A stretch of 62,428 nucleotides of DNA, counting the filler, from Bipalium vagum (lineage: Eukaryota): assembly GCA_037834085.1 (NCBI GenBank). It is 3 parts of 3 records of this genome, joined end to end, with 100 filler letters (N's around TTAATTAATTAA, not from the genome) between each part and the next. Parts side by side here need not be neighbours in the genome. Positions count along the whole stretch, not along the records: positions 21,934 to 44,634 come from JBBMKC010218019.1; 2 more parts are not named here. The stretch is one strand, 5' to 3'. Below are positions 26,460 through 40,000 of the stretch, in pieces (the first letter of the stretch is position 1; every line of letters begins with the position of its first letter). Below the pieces are notes generated by a model. That model saw only the letters and a program-made list of their open reading frames with translations. It searched no databases and was not told where the DNA came from. The position numbers were made by a program, and so were the translations under genes.

Positions 26460-27600
26460 TAGTGTAGTATAAATAATTAGCGATTAAATAGAAAATGAAG
26501 TCATTTTTTTATTGTAAAGTAAGTACTCTGAAACCTGAAATGATGCTCTTCTTTTTAATAGAGTCCCAACCCCTTTGAGTAATTATCTTTGATATTCAAC
26601 TAATTATAAAACATGGGAGCTGTAACATCTCACATCAATAAATTTATTAACCAGGAATACATTTTTCGTACTCGTCGAGATCTATCAGTTAAGAGAGATG
26701 ACTTTCAAGACAAGTTGCTCCTAAGATTGGATTATTGCAAATAAGAAGATCTGGATCATCGCTCAAAAAGCTAAGTTTAAAACTTTTTTGATTAGCTCCT
26801 GGCATAATAAATCAAAACTTTCTTTTAGCCATTTCCCGATTGCTTCAAAACAGAAAAACCTAATCTTTCGGTCACTTGTGGTTTCTTTATCATGCGAGTT
26901 TATCCGTTTTTTTTAAAATGGTTTTTAAATTTCACTTAGAAAATTTAAACCTGTTACTTAAGGTTGCAAGAGTCCAGTTAAACCACAGAGAATAGTACGA
27001 TATAAAATCTTTCTTTTTTGTACAATTTTTTTGATGTTCATTAAAGTGTGAGGCCGTGGACTGTCAAAAAACCCCAAAAATGAGTAATGATTTCAGAAAG
27101 TATGAAAGTAATCCACTTTATAAATAGGTTTGAATTGACCAATACCTTTAAAGAAGTTAATTGAACTACGTTCTCTTTTCAATAAATAGATTTATCTTTT
27201 CCTTTGATTATATTATCATTGTTACATCAAGATTTTTTTCAAGTTGCACCACAGATTCTGGTTATTTGGAACTTCATTAAATTAGCGGGCAAATATGTAA
27301 TTTCCTTTTCACCAACTTTGTCAATGGTGGATTTGATGTGCTCCTCATTCTAAAGGGCAGTCTCATCAAGATTTGAAATATTCTCTATTTGAATATCGAA
27401 TTCACCAACAACATCTTTTATTATATTGATAAAAATTTATTTCAACCTTTCATTTTAAAGTTTATGTGCAAAACTATGTTAACTAACGTGTTGGCAATAA
27501 TTGATTTAAAGATTTTTTGACAAAAGATAATAAATTTCACAATTTAACAATGGTTTCGTGTTCAAGATAAGTTAAAATTTTCTAATGCTTCAAAGCTTAC

Positions 27601-27750
27601 CATATTTTTAATCTGCTCTGTATAAAGTTTTTCTAATATGTAGACTGTTAGGAACTCTTCAAGACTGAACCCCTGCTCCAAGAACAATTTGACGAAATCA
27701 TGTCGATCACTCATTAAGGCATTGAACATGTAATCATTTAAGTCACCTTT
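27601..27750 (-). CDS. TRPM: TRPM exon (MHR4 start)
   Basis: tttgttag|KGDLNDYMFNALMSDRHDFVKLFLEQGFSLEEFLTVYILEKLYTEQIKNM|gtaagc. Matches the TRPM pattern 'M.DAL..DRVDFVKLL.ENG....FLT...LEELY'. 150 nt. Confidence 0.93.
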
Positions 27751-30700
27751 CTAACAAAAATAATTTTATGAATACTCTTCTCTGAATAGTTTGAATGTGA
27801 AAACTGTAAAAACTAAAATAAACTTTGTTTAAATAATTAAAAAATTGTGCTTAAATTAAAAGTAAAACGTGAAAATTTATTTTGAATTTTTAAAAGGAGT
27901 CAAGTTAGCAGTATCGAATAATTGTTTTAGATGTCACAATTCCGGTTGTGTACTTTTTTTATTTAAATGCTTTAATTTGATTGGCTGAATCACAACAGTA
28001 GAAAAGATCAAACTTTTGAATTGTTCAAGGTACCCGTCAGCAAAGAATTAAGTTAAATCTTTAAAATGTCACATTTGTAAGTTTTATTCCAGGCGCCTTT
28101 CTTGATATAATTCATGTTTCATTGTCTTTCCATTTCTTTTGGCATTGTTATCTGATTACTTTTCTATTCTATCTTTTTTGTGACAGTTTTAAATCTGTAA
28201 GACATCCACTTATTCTGTACAATCACTTCATGCTCTATGATAGATTGCTGTTGGTGTAATATTTATCTTTCAAAGCATCAAAGCCACCTTTCATTAACAT
28301 AAAATCACACTTCATTCAATAATTTGTGAAGGTAATTAGGTGATTGTTTCTAAATTTCTTTATCAAAAGAAAGGCAGTCCGATGCTTATTGAATAATTCA
28401 TATTCCTGAAAGGTTTTCTTCCTCTAAGACCCAGTACTTACTTTAATTATTCAAAATTTGTCAATTTAAATCGTCTTTGGCCAAGAATTTTAGTTTTATT
28501 AAACAAATATTAAAATTAATTAGGTTGGGATAAACCAATGTTTATCAAAGTTTCTCTCATAAATTTTCTCTGGAATAATATCAATCACAAATCTTGTAAG
28601 GCTTCATGTTATTTGCGCACAAATTTAAATCTTCAAAAACAGTAATTATAGAAACATGGGATTTCTAAATCAATGTAAAATTTTTTGACTCAAAGTAACT
28701 ATTTATTGATTTAATTACATTTTTGTATTGTTATAATACACTGGAGCCAATAGTCTTGTGTCTGCCGAAAAGATATGTTAGTCTATCATTGTTTTTTTAT
28801 GTCACAAAAATTCAATTTTTTTGTTACAGTCATGTAAAATGACGAGTAATTTCACAAAAGCACTGTCAATCATCTGCCATTTTATATTTAGATTTCTAAC
28901 GTGCACAACGAATTTCTTTAGAAAACGGTGTCATCAGTTCTCTTATCGTGATGAACTTTTAAAGATATTGTATAAATCCGTACACGATGATCTCAATATT
29001 ACGATAGACACATTGTCTGGGTATTTCTTCCGGTATGATCCAACTTATGTTTACCAAAGATCTCCATCTAAAGTTAAAAAATCAAAGTGAGTCCCGAAAT
29101 TTTCCTCATGCACAATAATGCTGGTCCACACATTTAGACTTTACTATCACTGGGTGTTTGAAATCGATATTTTAAAAGTTTTCATTCCAAAGATTAAGTG
29201 AAAACATCCATGGCACCTGTTTTACGAACAATATCTATCAATGACCTAATCTACCAGTTCCACTTGTTGAAAATTGAACCTATGATTTAAAGTAACTACG
29301 ATTACTTCATACCTTTCTGTTTCTAAATACATGTTTGTAACTAGGATTTTGGTACGAAGGTGGTGATTAACATTATGTAACATTTAAAATAAAAATTCCC
29401 ATAGTTTGATGACGTAAAAATCTTGAGTAAAAATTATAGTACATTTTGCCTCACTTATTTGAAAATAAAAATGATTTGTGGAGTGTATTTATGTCCTTAT
29501 TATAATTGGTTACTGATATATAACTGAACAAGTAATTTTTAAATTATACTTGACAGAAAGTCATTTTTAATATTTTCCAGTATGTTTCATATTACCAAGT
29601 TGTATTTTACCAACTGTATTCTTGACCTTAAAACTCTAAATGAACTGTTATCTTTATTACAATCAATAATTGTAACCATGAATAGGACTATTAACTTTCT
29701 CATTAACAAAGGTTATAAAAATTTTTCTTTTAAGTTTAGAAAATTCATGACCTTACAAATTCTAAATAATTTGCTTATACATAAATGGGCAAAATCGAAT
29801 TTCAATCGATTTTTCTACTACAATTTTAGATTTTCAATTGAATACATTCAAAGCAACATTTTATACTTCAATAAACGCAAATGAAAAACATTAATAAATT
29901 CTTCAAATGAAAAGTCTGAGAAATTAAAGAATTTCTGAAACGGTTGTGCGAAAATGGACAATCTCAGACAAATACATCACTGTCATTTAGGAGTAATTAT
30001 TCTGGATTTTTAAAATATTAATTTTCAATTGGTCTTCTTTGACTTTAATTAATTAATTTAATTATGTTTACTTTCGTACTGGTCCGATCTTTCATTAAAT
30101 CTTGAAAACTGAGGAAATTATTTTTCATCTTTTTCATCAATGGGAAGAAATGAAATAAATCTTTTTCACAGTGGAAAAAGTAATATAAATAATATGAATA
30201 TATGTCGCTTATAAAGAGAGTTTGAGTAAAATAATAAACGGGATTTTTTGCAATAAAGCGAACTTGGACCATATCTTGTTTAGCTCTAAAAACAAGTTAA
30301 AATATCATTAAATTCTGTCTAGCAACTCCCAGACTTGCGGCTTGGTCCTGGGGGAATCACTGTGGACTTTCAGCGTTTTTCTTTTGTATCGATGTTCGCA
30401 AGAAAAGAAATAAGATGGTCTTATAGCATTAATTATACAGCTTGTCACTGGGAGTTTATCATCAAAATGGAATTGGAGATGTAATGATGGGTTGGGTCTT
30501 GATTTTTGTTGTTGAAGTGACTAAAGCTTCTGTAATATTAAGTCGTAAGATTGGTCTTTGAAGCCTTTTATATGATTTAAGGTTGAATCATAAATTCCTT
30601 TATATTTTTCAAATGAGTTTTTTGTCCCAATTCTGTTTGTATTCAGCAAAGTAGTATAAATGTTTTGAAATCTAATAATCCATTGTGTATAATTGTGTTT

Positions 30701-33700
30701 TACTGAACTAATTTATAATATTTACTTTGCGGATTTTTTGAACTATGAAATTTATTGATAAAGATGTACATTACCGCCATTTGATGCTTTTTACCTATAA
30801 TTGTAGTTTTAAAGCTGCACAAGCGGCTCGCGAAATTTTTGAGGTACATGGAAAAGGTTTCATAAAAGGCGCGGACAGGTCAGAAATGGTTTGAAAATTT
30901 AAGAGTGTCAGATTCTTACTAAAAGTCGAAATACATTTTTGGCGACCTACTGACTTTGATGAGGAGCATTTAAATGCACTTTTAAAAAACAATGGATGAC
31001 AAAACACGCGTGAAGTGGCAGTTCAAATGAAATGCAACCAAATGACAATCTGACGTCACTTACAATCAATGGGGAAAATTCAAAAGATGGGATTGTGTAT
31101 ACTGCATGAGTTGTCAGAAAAAAAACATCTACGTTTCAAAATTGCGGCAGATTTGCGTGTGCGTCTTAGAACCACTCATGATCAAAATTCCAGATTTCTC
31201 GATCAGATTGTGACTGGAGACGAGAAGTGGTGTCTACATGTTGGTAAAGAATTGGTAAGTAGGAGCGAACCAGCAACGTTTCAATTTAAGAAAAATCTCC
31301 ATATTCGCAAGACACAGATCAGTATGTGATGGAACTGGAAGGGTCTCATTTATTTTGAAATGCTACCACATAATCGCACAATCAACCGGCGACTCTACGT
31401 AGACCAATTGCATCGCTTGAATCAAGTTATTCAAGAAAAGCGACTTGATCGCTAATGGCCAGTAATTCTGCAGCACGAAAACGCTCGACAACACACAGCA
31501 CAGTTTACAAAGACGGCCATCCAGGAACTCAGCTTGGAGGTTTTGGCTCATTCTCCATAGAGTCCGGATCTGGCTTTGTCAGATTTCCATCTTTTTCTTT
31601 CGCTTTCTAACCAAATGTTCAACAGTGATGAGGATTCAAAAAATTGGCTCGTGAATTACTTTGATTCCTGACCACCGCAATTTTGGCAAAAATGGCCTAA
31701 CAAAATTGGTACAAAAAGTTGTAAATAATGGTGGGCATTACGTAACTGATTGATTTTTTTGTTTATCATGAAATAAATGTCTATTTTTTTAGAAATATTA
31801 TCGACTAAAAAATGATTAGAAAAACTAATGAACTTATGCTTCAACATAATAGAATGTTCAGTATTTTACTCTTTGATGGAGCACATTGAACAAGTCATTG
31901 ATGGTCCTTTTATTACTCTGAACAGTCTATAAAGAATAGTGTAAAATCGATATAATTTAGAAAGCTTTGAAACATTCTCTTTTCTCTTGACACAAGGTCA
32001 TATTTGAATGAAAAATAATAAATATTAAATAATAATAAAATAAAAAATTAATTTATATGGAATACATATCGAAACCTTCCATTTTTTGTTCTCCAAAAAA
32101 ATCTTTTCCTTTGCAATATCAGGTCTGTTTAAAGTTAAAGTTATTTCAAGCTGCTCCAAATTCAATTGGTTTTGGCCTATATCGGATCCGGCTGAAAAGG
32201 TTTAAGAAAAAATTGTAAAATTTTTTAATATTAATAAAAAAATTTATTATATGCTAATTATAATAATTATATTAATAATAATACTGAAGAATTATTAAAA
32301 TTAAATAAATAATATAAAAAGATTAAAAATAATACAACTATTGATGGGTTCTAGAACCATCAATAAACAAATAGAAAACTTCCCATCTTCCTGGAAAGCC
32401 TCCGAACCTCAGCCAAGATCAGTAATTCACTATTATCTACTACGGTGAGACTGCCAGATCCTGCATCAACTTCAATGCTCACATATTCACTCCTAACTCT
32501 TTCAAACCAATTTTTGCACAGTGCGAACTTTGTTTTACTCATACCGGACACTATTGATTTTAAGAGTGATCTCCGTTGTATTATTGACCAATTTGAACTA
32601 GTACAGTTTACTTTCTTGTAATTAGCTTTTTTTAACATGACATTCACAAATAATATAAATTAAAAAATAGTCATAATGGTAAAGTAAAACAAGTGGAAAT
32701 ATAAAACAAATTCTGCGCTTTCAAATGGTATAAAAATTAATTCGTTCAAACAAATATGTTTTCAAAATATCGATTGTCAAATTTAACAATATATATTAAA
32801 AACGAAATTATTTTCTTAAACCAAATAATATTATTTTATGATGCAGTTGAAATGACCAATCATAGGATTGCATAAAAAAGTCTAGACTTTCTAAATATTA
32901 TATAATATATTTGCATATAATATTAATTTAATATATATATATTTATTTATTAAAATCTTAAATTAAATTCAGTTTTCAGAATGAAAAAATTTACAATAGT
33001 CCTACAAAATTTTATTTTTGTGCATTATTGATAAATTTTTATTCAAAACTTTGAGAAATGGTTTCATTAAAATTATAATAAATAATTTTAATTTTTCTTT
33101 ATAAAAAATTACCAAGACCATTTCATTAAATTAGAGCCCGTGAACAAAAATTCTAACTTAAATTAATTTTATTATTTTATTTATTAAATTAAAGCTGTTC
33201 TCCTTGTTTGACTGGTGCAATTCTTAATTTAATAAAGAAAATTAAAAATAAATTACCACCAAGTTAATTTTGTTTAAAACGAAACCAGTAAACCTTAAAA
33301 ATATCAGTTTCCCATATCAAAAAATTTAATTAGAATTTTTATCTTTTCCAAATTTTAATAAAAAAAAATTGCAAACGAAATTTGGGATTGGATGTGCAAT
33401 GAGAATATAAATTCAAACAAATCCGTCAATTTGTTTCTTCTCCTAAACAAATTAATTTGTGTGGAAAACAAAACCTATGGAAAATATTTTTTGTTTTAAT
33501 TGCCAAATTTTTTTGCTTGTTAAATCATTTTAATTAAGAATTCAACATTTTTCTCCTACACCAATTTTAATTTCTCAGTAAAATGTCTGCGATTATTTAA
33601 TAAAATATTTTTGCATTTAATGTATTATTTTAATATTAATATAAATATTGACAAATATTTTCTGTCTTGGAAAAGAAAATTTTGAAAAAAAATTCTTAAG

Positions 33701-34007
33701 AGATAATGTATTTAATTTTAAAAAAGACCATTTTTTACAAAATATAATAAAATAATAATAATAAATAATTAAATAAATAATGTTTAGAACCTTAAATAAT
33801 AATAAAATAAAATAACAATAATAATAAAATAATAAAATTATAAAATAATAAAATTATAAAATAATAAAATAATAAAATAGTAAAATAATAAAATAACAAA
33901 ATAATAAAATAATAAAAAGGTAATAATTAAATTAAATAATTTGATAAATAAATAATAAAAAAAATAAAATAATAATAGTAAAATCATATAATAATAAAAC
34001 AAAAAAG

Positions 34008-34047
<40 letters not shown>

Positions 34048-37000
34048 TAATAATAATAATAAATTAATAATTAAAAATTGGAAAAAGAAATTTTAACAAT
34101 GATTTGTATCATTGATTTAAAAAGGGAGATATTTTTTAAAATTATTATTCTTTTATGAAAGAAGTTCCAAAAACCAGTAATGTATCTAATATTAAGTGTT
34201 CCTTGAGAAAGTTCTCAAGATCATTGTGATAAAGAACAAAGAGGAGTCACAAAGAAATCATTGTGAGGGCTTGATAAGATCGATGTTAAATACTTTTTTG
34301 ATTTTACTTTTATTAGTTTCTGAGGATTGAAATTATGTGTTGCCCTTGGTAAAGCCTATCGAAAAGTATAAAAGTTTTTGTTCTACTGTGATGCGATTAA
34401 TAAAGTTTTAGATTTACCTGTTGTTTGACCTTGAATGATTGATAGGGTGAAGAACACAACCAAGTTGCCAGGGATCCAGATAGTGAAGATAATAAAAATA
34501 ACTCTCTTTACCTAGAATTTATAAATGTCTTTTCTAATTTTCCTCAGCCGACAAATTTACATTTATCTTCATCATTTCCATTGGAATGACAATTTAATCC
34601 CTTTCTTGATGGTCTTCAATAATGTTATAAATAATAAATAAGTAACAATAAAGTTACGATAGCAATAGTTCAGGCAGATCATAAATAGGAAATGTTATTA
34701 TAAAAAATTCATTAATATTCTATCCAGGCTGTAAATAGTAAGATTTATCATATGAGTTTTGAAAGCAGCGGGAAAGAGGGGGGGAGAGGTGGGCAAAAAA
34801 TTTCTGGGTCAAAGGCATTCAAATGAAAACATTCGAGAAAAAGAGAGAGAGAGAGAGTAGCCCAACGCCATCTCGAATTCAGTTATTTGAGTTGTGCATT
34901 ATATCTCGGAATTCCTCCACGGTTTCCTCAATTCCGCTCTACAAGTCATGTTCAGTTTCTGGATCCATAAAATTCATTTCAACGTAATTTATTACCCCAC
35001 AACGAACGGGTCTCATGTCCCAAGTCGCCATAAATAAGTATTCATTTTATAGTATCAACCAGGAAAAGAATTCTGGAAGGAAAAGAAATTGCGCGAGGAG
35101 AGTAAAGTAAGATGAAAATCAATCCCGATATTTCTGTATTCCCATACCGACCTCTCTCTTTTATACATAATGGGAAAATGAAATAAAATCCCGTTCTCTT
35201 TGTCCATTCGGAATTCAACCGAAAAGATAATTGTAAAATTAATTAGATAATTAAAATCTATTAATAAATGCAACGAGTCTCCAACGGGAATTTATTATTA
35301 TTTTATAAATCTCAAATGAATCTTTCCAATTTCGTCTGGAAATTTTATTATGGAAATATATCAAAAACGACTTCACTCTCAGGGCTTCGAAGAGTGATTG
35401 AAACGTTTCCATTCTCATTTCTCTTGCAGTCTTATCATTACTTTGAAGAATATTTATGTCTACTCAAAAATGATTTATTTTTCCCTTTTTCAAATACGCA
35501 GATTAATTGATAGGTTCAAACAAAAAATCATATTTTTCCCTTTACGTAAACCTCTGGGAATACAATGTCAAGCGACTCGTACATTCTCGTTCGGGGTTTG
35601 TTTTCCCGAAAACCTCTATAAAGAGAACTCTGACAACTAATTTTCTTAAATATTCGCCAATAATAAAAAAATAATAAATTAAAAATAATAGTAATAATAG
35701 TAATATTATTGATTATATAAAAATAATAAAAATAAGATTGAAAAATGATAATTGATTTTTCATTAACTTCACAACTCTGAGCACATTATACAAATATTAA
35801 TCATTTTATATTGATATAGTTAAAACAATTTTTATATATTTTTCCTTCGAAACCTACAGAAGAAGAAGCTTTTTCGCAGTCAAAAAGTACTGTGCTGGTT
35901 AATGAATAATTCATTCTGATCTTCAAGGCTTGAATTTAAAATGAATAAGCTATGTAAAATTACTTTATTCAGGTAATTTTGTAGGGGCCGAAACAAAGAT
36001 CTACAAAGGAAGGAAAATGGGTGACTCATAAATGGACGGAGTGGAACATGGGGCAGCGAAAAAACACCGCTGAAATCTTGTTGGAAAGATTCCAAAGAAA
36101 GTCGTTTGTTCACCGTATCATCACTGGTGATGAAAAATGGGTATACTTCGATAATCTAAAGAAGAAAAAATCATGGGTAGGCCCCGGTGAACCGTCAAAA
36201 TCTACCGCAAAGCCGAACATTCACGAAAAGAAGATCTGGCGAAACAGTCACTATCAATGATGACGAACAACAACTAGTCCAGTTACGCAATGAACTCGGA
36301 GTAAAGAGATCAGAATGGGCGGAACGACATGATAAGTTCATATTGCTTCATTATAATGTAAGGCCTGATGTTTCAAAATCCATGAGACACTCTGAAGGAT
36401 TTCAATTGAGAGGTCTTACCGCACCCTCCGTATTTTCCGGAAATTGCCAGTCGGATTATCACCTCTTCTAGTCAATGGCTCATGGTTTTGCAGTGCTGCA
36501 CTTCCAAAATGTCCAAGATGTCAAACATTAGTTGGATGATTGGATTGCCTTAAAGCCGACAAATTTCTTCAAATATGGAATTTATAAGTTACCTAATTTG
36601 TGGGAAAATGCTATTAAAAACGATAGAAATTATTTGTAATAAATATCCTTAATAAATTTATTCAGTTTTACTAAAATGAAAATGCGTCAAAAAACGAGGA
36701 AATTAACTTCTACACCTAATAATAAAGTGAAGAGGTGTGTGAAGATGTCAGGTAAGTATACATGATGAAGAAATTCTCATTCTAAATTTCTAATGTTTGA
36801 GTTTCCCTATTGACGTATTGGATCGGACATTGTCATGTTGGATGATCAGTTTTGGTCCTGCATTCTTAAAGTTATCTTCTAGCTTTCCTAATTGATCACA
36901 GCACACGTTTCCTGTGATAGACTTTTCTTTTGGAAATAACTCAAAATATATTATGCCTTGATAATCCCAGCAAATAGACGTCATTATCCTTTGGGAATGA

Positions 37001-40000
37001 AGTTCTATGTTTGGGTTATTCATTGGGTTCTGACAAGATGTTATCCTGTGGTTCTTTCTTTTAATATTAATCTAATACATCCACTCTTATCATATGAAGC
37101 AATTTGTTAAAAAAAATTTTTTTCTTCAATCTGGAGAGAAAATAAGACCAAATAAGTAACCTGCTCTGTTTGTTGCCTTCACTCAAGCAGTGAAGAATCC
37201 ATGGGCTTTCTTAACTTAATTTGCCTAATTGGTAAAGATGAATGGGAATGATGACTTGAGAAACTTTATACGTTAAAGAAACTTTACGTTTTAAGAAACT
37301 TAAAGTTATAAGAAACTTTATAAAGTTAAAAAACTTTATAAGACGATCTCCCTATTCTTATGTCTCAAGTTAACTATTCTTCTCTGATATTGGTCAAAAG
37401 ATAGAGTCATAAAAATTTGAAAAAATTCCTCTTCTAATTTCCGATATCTCTGAGCCATTTTTGGAATTTATTTAATGATAAACCTGAATCTGGATACGCA
37501 GATGATGTTTCCAAAAGCATTTCAGGCAGTTGATCTTTTCTTTACTATTATAATAAACAATGAAAAATATGAGTTTCTTTAGCTTTCATCTAAAAATATT
37601 TAAATTTTATAATTTAATTTCAAATAAAAATCGAAAAGTTAATTAAATTAATATAGTAAAACAAATGTAAAAAAACTTATTCCAAAATCTTGCGAAATTG
37701 GTTTTTCTAATATATTATAGTAGTTGCCTCTTGAACGTTACAAGCCAATACTTGTATGAATTAATACTAATCACTTTACAGAAACAAAATCAGCTAATCA
37801 ATTTAGTTTTCATGGATATTTTGCTCTAACAATTGCTCTGGGAATGACTGAACATTTTCGTTTAATTAAAATAAGGCCAAAAATTATCACTTAACTTATT
37901 CAAATAAGTTTGGCCTGTTAAGCTTCTGAAAGAAAATTAGTCAAATTAAACCATCTTTAGTTATTAAGTGAGGATTTTCCTAATACCAGAAAAACGTAAT
38001 GTGTTTGTCTAGAGAGCCATCGACATGAAACTTCTCCTAATAGCTCAAAATAATTGACATCTTGAGTGAGAATTTTCTCAAAAACCTCCAAAAATTTTTC
38101 AATATTGCATTCGCTGGCTAACGGATTGTTTCATATGATAGAATAAAATCATTTCCAAAGCAGACTAACTGTCGTCTTGGGTTTTTCTAGAAAGATTTGT
38201 TTAGGTTTTCCATCCAAATCTTGCGATTTTCTCAATGAATGTACCTTCCATTGAAGACACAAAAATTGCATTAATCGTTGGTTCCTTTGTGGGTCAAAAT
38301 TTATTTCCATTGTTTTTGAAAATTTAAAAATCAATGAAATATATAAAATATAAAATAAAATAAATTATTTTAAATTTCAAATATTACATATGAATATACA
38401 CCAAAACCACGAAACTAAGCAATACACAATTAATTAGTTAAACTTATGAAACTAATTCACTAATCGGAAGTGAGAGATGTAGACATTTTGTTTTAATTAG
38501 GCTATCCTTATTTATTTATTAGGTCTACAAATTTTAAAGGTGCAAATGCAGATGGCTGCAAACTCATTATTAAATTACGTTTTTTGCTAAATAGGTTAAT
38601 ATTAAGTTAAAGGTAATTATTAAAAGTAATAATTTAATCATCATTTGTTGTTTTAATATTAAATATAAATAACGATAAATCAAATGGCATCTCAAAAATA
38701 CATATAAGACATTGTTTACTGTTTGCATCCCATTTGAAGAAAACAGCTTATAAGATCACAAATATTATTAATTCAGCTCTGAGTTAAAGTGTAGTCAACC
38801 ATAAAATCTCAAAAAAAGTTCTGACTGTTTAGAAGAGGAAATTTAAATATATAATATTATTAAAATTGGGCACCTAATAGTAGACCTAATATAATGGAAA
38901 TGTACACATCACATGTATATATTTCTGATTATATATATTATATATAAATGTTTCTTTGAAATCTATTTGAATAAAAAAGAAAAATAATATGGCGATATCA
39001 GCATCTATGATAAATGCAATGTTTGTTTATTCTATTTCCTGATGTAATAATATCTTCAATGAAGAAAAGTATACTAACCACTGCTTAGGAGTGATGATAT
39101 AATATATCCATCCAAATCCCAGTCTTCCTCCATATCAAAAACTGAAATCAGGTAGCTGAGATTCGTGACAATTTCCTTTAATTGCAAGCTCTCTTTCTTA
39201 AATTCCTTAATCTCCGGATTAATCTTGTGCAAGCATTCCCTGATTATGCTTTCCAGTCTGAATGATAATTAATATTATTAAGCCGAGTTTTTTGCCAAAA
39301 TTATTCAATACCAATCAAACCCTAATTCATAGAAGGATAAACTTTTGTTTTCATTTAATTTTGTTTTTATTCCTAACAAATCCGGATTCAATAAAAGACA
39401 GTTTCAAAGATATACAATGGGTTATTATCACATTTACTCCTTGAATATTAATTCAAGACCATTGTCGGGCTAAAATTATTCGGATCTAATTTTTGTATAT
39501 AAAATGGATGATTTGAATTTTTTTTCATACAAGATGAAGAGACCCTATTTAAGAAAAGGTATATATTAAATCCAGGCATAAGTATTTTTTTAATCATTTT
39601 AGGAAATGGGTATCATGTCAGAAGATAAAATTTGTTTTTTACGTTTTGAGAGTTTTAGACAAAATGGAAAGCTTGAACTATCGTGTTACGATCGAAAAAA
39701 AAAGTGTAACTTATAACCAGAGAGATGCGTAATCTTTTTTAGATCAAAGCAAGAATCTTGAAGACCTTATTCTGACAATCATGAAAACATGTGGCGAAGG
39801 GTATTACAAGCCATTTGTAAGTACCATTCCAATAGGATCTCCGATATTTAAGAAACTGGCATTTCAAAGGTTACTGTCTAAAAAGTTTTAAAAATGAAAA
39901 AATCTTTTCATTCATTTGAGAAAGATATCGCGAAGATGAGAAAAATCAATGATCACCCACAATCGTAAAGACTGGTCTCAAAGATGATTGTCTAAATATT

